A stretch of DNA of 64,000 bases, taken from Akkermansiaceae bacterium (GTDB taxonomy: Bacteria; Verrucomicrobiota; Verrucomicrobiia; Verrucomicrobiales; Akkermansiaceae). The notes beneath the pieces are model-generated. The model did no database searches. It saw only the letters and a list, made by a program, of their open reading frames with translations, and was not told where the DNA came from. The stretch spans positions 43,188-107,187 of the forward strand of contig JBPOGF010000004.1 in NCBI GenBank assembly GCA_051251915.1. Reading direction: 5' to 3'. Positions 49,803 through 58,703 of the stretch are shown in pieces. How positions within the stretch are numbered: the stretch's first letter is position 1; each line of letters starts with the position of its first letter. Both the position numbers and the translations under genes were made by a program.

Positions 49803-52800
49803 CTATTGGATAGGGTGTGCCTGAAGTAGGGTTTCTGCTTTGTATGGTCCTAGCTGAGTTTGGCCATCAGTGGCTTTTTGGATGGCGTCTACTTCTTCTT
49901 TGGTGACTCCGTCGCCAGCTTTGTTTGACCAGGCATTACGAACGTAAGTAAGTATGTCTGCGATTTCCGCATTTGGGATTCGTTCGTTGAAGCCAGGCAT
50001 TGCTGAGTTGTATTTGTCGCCGTTGACTTCTATTTCTCCCATGATGCCGTGGATGGCGATCTTGATGAGGAGGTCTTTGTCTTTAGTTACCCATTTACTG
50101 CCGTCGAGTGGAGGGAAGAGTGCTAACTTGTTACCTTTGCCGTCAGGTCCGTGACAGATGGTGCAGTTCTCTTGTTCGAGGTATGCTTCAGCTCCACGTT
50201 GGAAAGATTTCTGAACTTTCTTAGGCGCTTTTGCAAGGTGAGCAGGGATTTTGACTTCTTCCTTAACTTCTGCGACTGCTTCTTCTCCACCTAGGTGAGC
50301 CTTGGCGTATTTGAGAGCACTTGTAGAAGTTTTGTTGACTGGAGCTTTTTCGAAGACTTCGACGATTTCTAGGCCAGCCTTTTTGCCCATCCAAGATGCC
50401 GCAATGAGGGCTTCATGTCTTACTTCTCCATGGGGGTCTGCTGCGGAGCGCTTGAGAAGGTCAACTGCGTTAGTTAGCTTCTTGGCGTTGTAGCGGACTG
50501 CACGAGTTGCGGCGGCACGAGCACGATGATCTTTCGCTGTGAGAGCTGCTTCGAGGATAGTAGGGTCGATCTGATTGATTCCCCATGAGACCCAAACTGC
50601 TTCTGTTAGGTTGTGATCGTAGTTCTTGTCAGCTTTATCAAGGCCTGCGACCCACTTGGTGAGGGCTGCTGCTACTTCATCGTGGTTTCTGCCGCGAAGT
50701 TCTCTGCGAGTGCGGTAGCGAGTGCGGATCTCAGGTAGCTTGAGGTTCTCAAGTAGCTCATCGATCGATGCGCCGTCTACTTTTGCCACTGGCACGAGTG
50801 GGCGTGATGGGTATGTGATGCGGTAGATGCGTCCGTGAACGTGGTCACGCTTAGGGTCACGAGCATTGTGCTGCATGTGCCCGATGAGGACGTTACTCCA
50901 ATCGACTACATAGAGTGAGCCATCAGGAGCGAATTCAAGATCTACTGGGCGGAAGTATGGGTTAGATGACTCGAATAGTTTCTGGCGTAGTTCAGCTTTG
51001 TAGCCGACTTCTCCGTCAGGGATCATTTTATTCTGCATGGCACCTAGGAAGCCGATGTTGTTACAGATAAGAGCATCACCTTGAACATCATCTGGGAAGT
51101 GACGTGAGGAGATGAATTCTAGACCCGCGGTAGGACGCACGCCTCTCTTAGTGAGCAGATCTGGTGCGGAAATATTGACACCGTAGCGAGGCTTCACAGC
51201 TGCATTTTGCATCCAGGAGAATGATGGTCCTGAGGTGTGAATGAAGAAGTTCTGGCCCCATTCATCAAAGGCGATACCCCATGGGTTAGGGATGCCTAAC
51301 TGGGCTGTTCTTTCGAGTCTGTTGTTGTTGGGGTTGAAGCGGTAGAATCCGCCGTTGGTTCCTCTAACAGGTCCGTATGGTGTTTCTACGTTCGAGTGAA
51401 GGAATACGCCTTCGCCCATGTAGATGGCTCCAGATGGATCTGCGCAGAAGCTTGAGATAGCGTGATGAGTGTCATGGTCATCGAATCCGGAGAGGACGAT
51501 GATTTTTTCGTCAGCTTTGTCGTCTCCGTCGTTGTCTTTGAAGAGAACGAGGTCATTTTGAAGAGAAACGAACACACCGTGTTCTGTGATTTCAAATCCC
51601 ATAGGGGTGACGATGTTGTCTACGAAGATGGTCTGTTTGTCAGCTTTTCCGTCATTGTCAGTGTCTTCAAAGATGAGGATCTTGTCATTTGGTAGTGGGT
51701 CACCAATTTGATATTGCGGGTAGCTAGGCATGCAGCTGACCCAGAGACGTCCTTTGTTATCAAATGCCATTTGTGATGGGTTTGCTAGGTCGGGGAACAT
51801 GTCTTCGTCTGCGAAGAGTTCCATTTTGTAGCCTTCTGGGAGTGTTAGTTTAGACTCCATTTCTTTCCCTGAAATGTAGACATTAGGGCGGTCTGAGTTT
51901 GATGTGACAGGCTTGAGCTTGATGGTTTTGGCATCAGCTGCTGCGGTGTCAAAGTCTTGTCCTTTGTTAGCTGCCCATAGTGCTTGGTCACGGATGTCTA
52001 ACATTTGGCGAGTCTTGGTGATCTCGTCCGGGTAGTTTACGCTACCGAATGGCTTGTATCGGCGGCCATGAACGTGCACGCCATTTGGGATCTTGTAGTC
52101 GTGTAGCCAGTAGAAGTTTTTCTCAGCGACTGCTGCGTGAATTTTTGCTTCATCGCCGGTTGCTTCTTTGTTGCCGAATAGAGTATCTGCTAGAAGAGGC
52201 GAGAACTTTTTGTATGCTTCGTCTGTTAGGTTGCTGCCATTGTAGGTGAGGTCTTCTTCAGTAGAGTCGTAGAGACCTTTTGTGATGGAGAATGCATCTA
52301 CAAAGAGGACGCCTTCTTCCTTACAGACTTCGCGCATGGCGTTGGTGTATGCTTGGAGTCGAGCGTTTGTTTTTTTACCATTTGGGAGATCTTTCTTAGC
52401 TGAGAGGTCTTCAAGTGCAGCTGGTGAAACGATGGCAAGTTGAGGGGTGTTTCCTGAATATTTCTGAGAAAGTGTGTATTTGATAAATGCACGGAGCTCA
52501 GCTTTGTATCCGTCGATGCGGTTGTAACCGTCAAATGATTCACTGTAACCGAAGAAACCGATGATGGTGTCGATACGGTTGTGAGTTAACCATTGATCTG
52601 GAGTTTCGTAGTGGCCTTGTCCACCACCTTTACGGTATTCTTCTTTGACTAGCTCTTGTCCATTAGGGATGACCCAATGAGATTTTCTAGATGGGTGTGG
52701 TCTAAATGCTGGAGTATCACCTTCTCTGCACCAGTTACGGATGAAGAGGTCGTTCTCTGGGTATCGGCGCTGAAGTTCTGTTTCGAAGCGGTTGTAGATA

Positions 52801-54101
52801 TTCATGCGTGAGCCGAGACCGCCACCGATGAATCCGATGTGCATGTCTTTGACAACTTCAAGTGAAGCAGGGGGAGTTCCTGGAGTCACATCTGGGTGCT
52901 TTGGTCCAGGAGGAAGCAAGGCGAGTTTGGCTGCGATGGCGGCGGCTTTTGCTTCGTTTTCTATCTTTAGCTCGGCGGCTTCTTTAGCTCTTCTTTTTGC
53001 CTTTGCGTTTGCTCTATCTTTCTTAGGATCTTTCTTTGCTGCTGCAGCTGGTTTAGCAGCCTTAGCTTTTTTAGGAGCCTCTAAGATGATGAAGTCTTCA
53101 GGTGTATGGTTTTTTCTGAAGGTTGTGCGTGGGTCATTAGCGATTTCTTTGATCCCGTAGAAAGTGGGGTTGTAAGCGCTTTGTGGTGTGACGTCAGCTT
53201 TTGCTGGGACATCCATTCCTAGTCCCCAGTAGATGCCATTGACGACGAGTCTTCTGAGGTCTTCATCAGAGAGATCATCAGCTGAGCCCATGGTGGTGGT
53301 GAGGACTTTATTTACTTTTCCGTTCTTTTGTTTGAAATCACGGACCCATGCTACTGGCATCATTGGATCATTTTTGTCACCAGCGATGGGCTTAGATGTT
53401 GGGGCAAGTGAATCAGTGACAGCGCCTCTGAGCAGGATGGTAGAAGGCTCTAGTGGAGCGGCTCCATAGACGTCAGTTCTACCAAAGATTTCACCTACTC
53501 CGTTGAGAACTGGGTGTTTGGCGTTGTTTTTTTCTGTAACTGTGAGAGTTCCTTGTTTGGCGTGAGCACCGTGGTGGTTAACCCATGTCTCGCCGAGGAC
53601 TTGTCTGCCGAAGCCACCTTCCCAGCCTTTGACTTTAGAACGCCAGTTGAACTTGTGGTATTTCGCTTTCTTGTCATCAATTTTGAATGCGTGGGTGGTG
53701 GTTCTTAGTGACACGATGGGGACTCCGCGTTCGAATGCTGCGTTGAATTTATCAAATGTTGGTTCGTCCCAATTTCTGAATCGGACAGCCATGATGATGG
53801 CGTCAGCAGAAGATAGCGCTTTAGGATTTGAGAGGCTTTTCTGGTTGTTTGGATCTACAAATTTGTTGTTTTTGTCCATGGAGAATAGGACGGTGCATTT
53901 GAATCCATTGTTGGCGAGAACCTGACCTAGCATTGGCATGGATTCTTCTGAGCGATATTCTTCATCGCCCGCTAGTAAGACGACGTGTTTGCCGTTTGCC
54001 TTTCCTTTCGCTTCAAAGACTAAATGATCTTGTGCAGCGTGGGCAAAGCCCGTGGCCGCGATCATGGTGGATGAAAACGTTATGATTTGATTTAATTTCA
54101 T
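49803..54101 (-). CDS. PVC-type multidomain heme-binding (CxxCH) dehydrogenase-like protein
   Basis: Signal peptide; ThuA-like domain (GDEEYRSEE), Lys/Ala linker, SGNH-like region, beta-propeller (FDNKGRLWV, NPWG..FD.WG, FRPVD.EFAPDG), HEAT repeats, C-terminal CTICH cytochrome c. Start placed at ATG 54101. Confidence 0.88.
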   Translation of the reverse strand: MKLNQIITFSSTMIAATGFAHAAQDHLVFEAKGKANGKHVVLLAGDEEYRSEESMPMLGQVLANNGFKCTVLFSMDKNNKFVDPNNQKSLSNPKALSSADAIIMAVRFRNWDEPTFDKFNAAFERGVPIVSLRTTTHAFKIDDKKAKYHKFNWRSKVKGWEGGFGRQVLGETWVNHHGAHAKQGTLTVTEKNNAKHPVLNGVGEIFGRTDVYGAAPLEPSTILLRGAVTDSLAPTSKPIAGDKNDPMMPVAWVRDFKQKNGKVNKVLTTTMGSADDLSDEDLRRLVVNGIYWGLGMDVPAKADVTPQSAYNPTFYGIKEIANDPRTTFRKNHTPEDFIILEAPKKAKAAKPAAAAKKDPKKDRANAKAKRRAKEAAELKIENEAKAAAIAAKLALLPPGPKHPDVTPGTPPASLEVVKDMHIGFIGGGLGSRMNIYNRFETELQRRYPENDLFIRNWCREGDTPAFRPHPSRKSHWVIPNGQELVKEEYRKGGGQGHYETPDQWLTHNRIDTIIGFFGYSESFDGYNRIDGYKAELRAFIKYTLSQKYSGNTPQLAIVSPAALEDLSAKKDLPNGKKTNARLQAYTNAMREVCKEEGVLFVDAFSITKGLYDSTEEDLTYNGSNLTDEAYKKFSPLLADTLFGNKEATGDEAKIHAAVAEKNFYWLHDYKIPNGVHVHGRRYKPFGSVNYPDEITKTRQMLDIRDQALWAANKGQDFDTAAADAKTIKLKPVTSNSDRPNVYISGKEMESKLTLPEGYKMELFADEDMFPDLANPSQMAFDNKGRLWVSCMPSYPQYQIGDPLPNDKILIFEDTDNDGKADKQTIFVDNIVTPMGFEITEHGVFVSLQNDLVLFKDNDGDDKADEKIIVLSGFDDHDTHHAISSFCADPSGAIYMGEGVFLHSNVETPYGPVRGTNGGFYRFNPNNNRLERTAQLGIPNPWGIAFDEWGQNFFIHTSGPSFSWMQNAAVKPRYGVNISAPDLLTKRGVRPTAGLEFISSRHFPDDVQGDALICNNIGFLGAMQNKMIPDGEVGYKAELRQKLFESSNPYFRPVDLEFAPDGSLYVVDWSNVLIGHMQHNARDPKRDHVHGRIYRITYPSRPLVPVAKVDGASIDELLENLKLPEIRTRYRTRRELRGRNHDEVAAALTKWVAGLDKADKNYDHNLTEAVWVSWGINQIDPTILEAALTAKDHRARAAATRAVRYNAKKLTNAVDLLKRSAADPHGEVRHEALIAASWMGKKAGLEIVEVFEKAPVNKTSTSALKYAKAHLGGEEAVAEVKEEVKIPAHLAKAPKKVQKSFQRGAEAYLEQENCTICHGPDGKGNKLALFPPLDGSKWVTKDKDLLIKIAIHGIMGEIEVNGDKYNSAMPGFNERIPNAEIADILTYVRNAWSNKAGDGVTKEEVDAIQKATDGQTQLGPYKAETLLQAHPIQ

Positions 54102-54501
54102 AGATATTTGTATCGTTATTTCTGTAAATTGTCCTTCTTGTATAAAGTTACGTGGGGTTTGGTTTTCTTTTATCACCTAGGCTTAAATTTGTATCACAGA
54201 TTGATGTTTATTTTATATTGCCTAGTGTTGGGTGGGGATAATCTCACTAAATCTTTAGCTTGTCATTTTTATAAATGAATTTTTTTCATGATTGACTGAA
54301 GAGTTGGGGAGGCGAGCTTGAGTCTTAAGCTTTATTAGTTCATGATCTGAGGTTAGATGCGATCTGGTAGGGAAGTGTCTGGGGGGTAGTGGGGTTGTGT
54401 ATTGTACTAGAATTAATTATGAGTGAGGGGGGGATATATGTCAAAATTTTGTCAAAGGAAGGTTTGCCAAGCGTTTTTAGAATGGTTAGAAATGATGGTA
54501 T

Positions 54502-56445
54502 ATGAGTAATTTAGTAGAAAACCTAGATAGTGCTGTTGCAGGTGGTGAGCTTTTGGAGTCATCAAGAGAGAATATTGTGAATCATTTGGCTGGGTCTATT
54601 AGTCCAGTGGCTGAGGCTGCGGTGACGGAATTAGTTGGTGATGGTGAGTGGGCGGAATTGAATGATCGATTTTATAAGACGTTGGCATTTGGAACTGGTG
54701 GGCTGCGTGGGCGTACTATTGGTAAGGTGGTGACTAAGGCTGAGCTTGGTGAGGGTGGACCGAATGAGCGTCCGGAGTTTCCTTGTGTGGGGTCTGCGAC
54801 AATGAATTTCTATAATGTGGGTAGAGCGATTCGTGGGATGGTGGCTTATGTTAAGAAGCATTTTGAGAAGGAGGGGATTGATCGCAAGCCATCGTTTGCA
54901 TTTGCGCATGATACGCGGCACTTCTCTAGAGACTTTGCGGAGTTCTGCGGGAAGATTTGTAATGATCTTGGCTGTGATGCTTATTTGTTTGAAGGGGCGC
55001 GGGCTACTCCACAGGTTTCATTTTTGATTCGTGAGCTTAGGTTGGATGCTGGTGTGGTTTTGACGGCGAGTCATAACCCGAGTCATGATAATGGATTTAA
55101 GGCTTACTTTAATACGGGTAGTCAGTTGGTAGAGCCTCATGCTGGTGGGGTGATCGATGAGGTGAATGCTATTACTAGTGAGGCTTATGATGCGCTTCCT
55201 GAATCTGAGCAGGGTGAGTTATTCATTGTGGGTGAGGATGCGGACGCCCGTTATGTGGATAAGCTGAAGACTACGTTGCTTAGGCCGGAATTGTTAGAGG
55301 GAGGCGAGAGCACGAAGGTTGTGTTTACGAGTATCCATGGAACGGGTGGTCATATATCTGTGCCGCTTTTGCGTGAAATGGGATTTGAGGTGCTTACGGT
55401 GTCTGAGCAGGAAGTGCAGGATGGTAGATTCCCAACTGTGGCTTCGCCTAATCCGGAGAATGCTGAGGCGCTTCAGATGGGTGTGGAGTTGGCTGAGAAA
55501 GAGGGTGCTGAAATCGTTATTGGGACTGATCCTGATTGTGACAGAATGGGGGTAGTTGTTCGTGATGAGAATGGTGAGATGCAGATTCTTACTGGTAACC
55601 AGACTGGGACGCTGATGGAGTGGTATAGGATCAAAACGATGTTTGATGCTGGTATTTTGAATGACTCTAACCGGAGTCGTGCGGTGGTGGTGAAGACTTA
55701 TGTGACTTCGCCGTTACAGAATAAGATAGCGGAGAAGGCTGGGATCAATGTGGTGGATACGCTGACTGGATTTAAGTTTATCTGTGATAAGCTTCAGAAG
55801 TATGAGGATGGGATTCCTGCTGATAAGTATGAGGGGGATTACCGTGATTTATCTGAGGATGAGAGCCGTAAGTTGAGGTTGGAGTATTCTAGATTTTTCG
55901 TCTTTGGTGGCGAGGAGAGCTACGGGTATATGGGTGGTGACTATGTGCGTGATAAGGATGGAAACATGGCGACTGTGATGTTTGCTGAGATAGCGGCTTA
56001 TGCGAAGAGTGTGGGCAAGAGCGTGGCTGGTCTGTTAGATGATATTTATAAGGAGTATGGCTTCCACAAAGAGGTGAATAAGAGCGTGGTGATGGAGGGT
56101 GCTGAAGGTGCTGCTCAGATCGCGAGCTTAGCGAAGTCTTATTCTGAAGATAATCCGACTGAGTTTGCGGGTGTGAAGGTGGCAAATGTTAGAGATTTTG
56201 CGACGACTACTTATACTGATGCTGAGGGTGATGAAGTGCCAAGGCAGGGGATGCTTATTGTTGATATGGAGGATGGGAATTCCTTTGCGGTGCGACCGTC
56301 TGGGACTGAGCCTAAGATTAAGTATTACCTCTTTGGGAATGATGCGCCATCAGATGATCTGGCTGGAAGTAAGGCTAGGGTGGCTGAGGGCTTGGATGCT
56401 CTTTGGGTAGCGATTGAGGCTGATATGAAGGAGAGGTTGAATTGA
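54502..56445 (+). CDS. Phosphoglucomutase/phosphomannomutase family protein
   Basis: FGTGGLRG, LTASHNP (phospho-Ser), DPDCDR, GGEESYG, RPSGTEPKIK. Confidence 0.95.
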   Translation: MSNLVENLDSAVAGGELLESSRENIVNHLAGSISPVAEAAVTELVGDGEWAELNDRFYKTLAFGTGGLRGRTIGKVVTKAELGEGGPNERPEFPCVGSATMNFYNVGRAIRGMVAYVKKHFEKEGIDRKPSFAFAHDTRHFSRDFAEFCGKICNDLGCDAYLFEGARATPQVSFLIRELRLDAGVVLTASHNPSHDNGFKAYFNTGSQLVEPHAGGVIDEVNAITSEAYDALPESEQGELFIVGEDADARYVDKLKTTLLRPELLEGGESTKVVFTSIHGTGGHISVPLLREMGFEVLTVSEQEVQDGRFPTVASPNPENAEALQMGVELAEKEGAEIVIGTDPDCDRMGVVVRDENGEMQILTGNQTGTLMEWYRIKTMFDAGILNDSNRSRAVVVKTYVTSPLQNKIAEKAGINVVDTLTGFKFICDKLQKYEDGIPADKYEGDYRDLSEDESRKLRLEYSRFFVFGGEESYGYMGGDYVRDKDGNMATVMFAEIAAYAKSVGKSVAGLLDDIYKEYGFHKEVNKSVVMEGAEGAAQIASLAKSYSEDNPTEFAGVKVANVRDFATTTYTDAEGDEVPRQGMLIVDMEDGNSFAVRPSGTEPKIKYYLFGNDAPSDDLAGSKARVAEGLDALWVAIEADMKERLN

Positions 56446-56477
56446 TTATTTGATAGTGATTATTGAGTATTTTATAG

Positions 56478-56515
56478 GGTGGTGCGGAGGTTAATTTCTC
56501 TGCGCCACCTTTTTT
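56478..56515 (+). terminator. Intrinsic terminator between the convergent pgm-like and VIT1 genes
   Basis: GGTGGTGCGGAG / CTCTGCGCCACC stem (2 G-U pairs) followed by a T-run. Confidence 0.75.
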
Positions 56516-57269
56516 ATTCAGGGACTAGTGGTCTGAGGAGGAAGCCTATTAGATATGCCATGGCTGCGGCGATGGTTCCGATGAGTAGGGTTTCTAGGCC
56601 TCCGGAGAGCCAGTGTTGGTCTGTGTATTTGCTTTTGAAGGCGCCGATGGCGAAGAATGATATGCCTGTTAGGACGCAGGCGGCGGGGAATGCTGAGCCT
56701 GAGAAGATGCCGAAGGCGGCGTCTAGGAAGTAGGCGAGTAGGGGGATGGTGCCGATAGTTAGGAATGCAATTAGGGTCGTTAGGCCTGATTTGATGGCTG
56801 ATGGGGGATGGAGTGGGAGGCCGTGTTCTTCTTGGATCATGGTGTCTACCCATCGTTTTTTGTCTGAGGTGATGGTGTCTACGACTTGTTCAAGGGTGTC
56901 GCCTTTGAAGCCTTTTGATTTGAAGATTTGGCGGATTTCTTCTCGTTCTCCTTCTGGGTGGTTTTCTATTTCTTCTTCTTCTTCACGGCGGAATTTTCTG
57001 GCGGATTGGTTTTCTGCTCGGGTGCCGGAGAAATTTCCAGCGGCCATGGAGAAGCCATCGGCTAGCATGTTGGCGATGCCTAGGACGATGACGAGGCTGC
57101 TGGATAGGCCGGCTCCTGCAACGGATGAAACGACGGCGAAAGTGGTGACGGCGCCATCGATGGCGCCGAGGATGGAGTCTTTTAGGTAATCGTTACCCAT
57201 GCCTTCCTTGAGACGTTTACGGATCGCTTCTGGGGTGTGTTCGGCGGCGTGGTCATCGTGGTGGGACAT
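56514..57269 (-). CDS. VIT1/CCC1 family metal transporter
   Basis: LGAIDGAVTTFAVV..VAGA, LGIANMLADGFSMA, Glu-rich cytoplasmic loop, EEHGL. Confidence 0.93.
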   Translation of the reverse strand: MSHHDDHAAEHTPEAIRKRLKEGMGNDYLKDSILGAIDGAVTTFAVVSSVAGAGLSSSLVIVLGIANMLADGFSMAAGNFSGTRAENQSARKFRREEEEEIENHPEGEREEIRQIFKSKGFKGDTLEQVVDTITSDKKRWVDTMIQEEHGLPLHPPSAIKSGLTTLIAFLTIGTIPLLAYFLDAAFGIFSGSAFPAACVLTGISFFAIGAFKSKYTDQHWLSGGLETLLIGTIAAAMAYLIGFLLRPLVPE

Positions 57270-57281
57270 GGTATCTGTGGG

Positions 57282-58685
57282 TTAAACGAGGAGTTCGGGG
57301 AGGTTGTTTGTGCAGCCTGCGAATTCTTTGGTTTCTGTTCCAAGTTGTTGGAGGATGGTGAGGAGTAGGCGGCCCATGGGTTCTTCTTTGGCGTGTTCTT
57401 TGTTTCTCATGTCTCGCTCTGCGGCGACGTTGATGCCAGCCATGGCGTCGAAGTCTTGTGGGCCGTATTGGATGTATTGTCCTTGTTTGAATCCCATGTT
57501 TTGGCCGCCGGCGATGATGAGTGGGTAGTTGCGTGAGAGGTGGAAGGCGCTGGTTGCGGAGCCGAAGAGGCAGAAGGTGTTTTCTAGCATGGTGCCGTGG
57601 CCACCGGGTTCTGGGGTGGAGTGGAGGCGGGTGAGGAAGTGGTGGAATTCTTCGATGAGGAAGCGGTTGTATTGGCCGAAGTTTTCCCAGCCGCCGGGTT
57701 TTTTGACGTGGTGGGAGAGCATGTGTGTGAGGTTGAATCCGACGGCGCGGCCGAGGCGGTCGCTGATGCCGAGGCCGTTTTCTCTGCCGATCTGGTAGGT
57801 GGCGGTGCGGGTGGTGTCTGAGTGGAAGGCGAGGTAGATGAGCTCAAACATGGTGCGGACGTAGTTGCGCGGGTCTTGTGGTGAGATTTCTAGGTTGAGG
57901 TGGTCTGCGTTGATGGATGGGTGGGGGATGTTTAGCCAGTGTTTGGCTTTTTCGATTTTGCGTTCGGTTTCTCTGACGGATTGGAGGTATTGGTCGAGGG
58001 TGTTTTGGTCGTGTTTGGAGAGTTTTTGTTTGAGTGAGCGGCTGTCTGCTAGGAGGTCGTCTAAGGCGGATTGTTGGGCGGCGAGCTGGGCTGCGGCTTT
58101 GGTGTTGCTGGTGACGAAGAGTTGGTCGAAGATGCGTTTTGGTTTGTTTTCTGATGGGATGGGGCGGCCTTGGCGGTTGAATGACATGGTTTGTGCGCCA
58201 CGTGGGGAGCCGGTGCCGCCGTCGGTTCCGAGGATCATGCAGTCGTGGCGGGTTTGGTCGCCGATGGCTTCTGCGAAGAGTTGGTCCATGGAGACGGAGT
58301 TGTGGTAGTCTCCGCCTGAGCCGGTGTTTGCTCCTGTGAGGAATTGGTCAGCGTTGGAGTGGCCATGGACTTTGCGGGCGTGTGGGTGAGATAGGCCGCT
58401 GAGGACTGAGACTTGGTTTTTGAGTGGGTTTAGTGGGTCTAGGCATTTGGTGAAGGAGTGGTTGGTTCCGTCTTTGTTTTTGTGTGGGAACCAGCTCCAG
58501 TCTTGGAATGCTGGGTCTTCTTTTAGTGGCATGGGAACGCCGTCTGGCATGTAGAAGCAGGCGAGGCGTTTTTTGGTGATGGAGGTGGCGGGGAGGGTTT
58601 TGGCGAAGGTTTCAAACCATGGTAGTGCGAGGCCGATGCCTGCTCCGCGGAGGAATTTTCTGCGATCTAGTGATGATAGGTTCAT
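57282..58685 (-). CDS. DUF1552 family protein with Tat-like leader
   Basis: LDRRKFLRGAG..LALPW, YMPDG, SVSMDQ, LDQYLQSVRE.ERKI. Confidence 0.88.
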   Translation of the reverse strand: MNLSSLDRRKFLRGAGIGLALPWFETFAKTLPATSITKKRLACFYMPDGVPMPLKEDPAFQDWSWFPHKNKDGTNHSFTKCLDPLNPLKNQVSVLSGLSHPHARKVHGHSNADQFLTGANTGSGGDYHNSVSMDQLFAEAIGDQTRHDCMILGTDGGTGSPRGAQTMSFNRQGRPIPSENKPKRIFDQLFVTSNTKAAAQLAAQQSALDDLLADSRSLKQKLSKHDQNTLDQYLQSVRETERKIEKAKHWLNIPHPSINADHLNLEISPQDPRNYVRTMFELIYLAFHSDTTRTATYQIGRENGLGISDRLGRAVGFNLTHMLSHHVKKPGGWENFGQYNRFLIEEFHHFLTRLHSTPEPGGHGTMLENTFCLFGSATSAFHLSRNYPLIIAGGQNMGFKQGQYIQYGPQDFDAMAGINVAAERDMRNKEHAKEEPMGRLLLTILQQLGTETKEFAGCTNNLPELLV

Positions 58686-58703
58686 GTGGTTGTGTGGTTT
58701 GAG

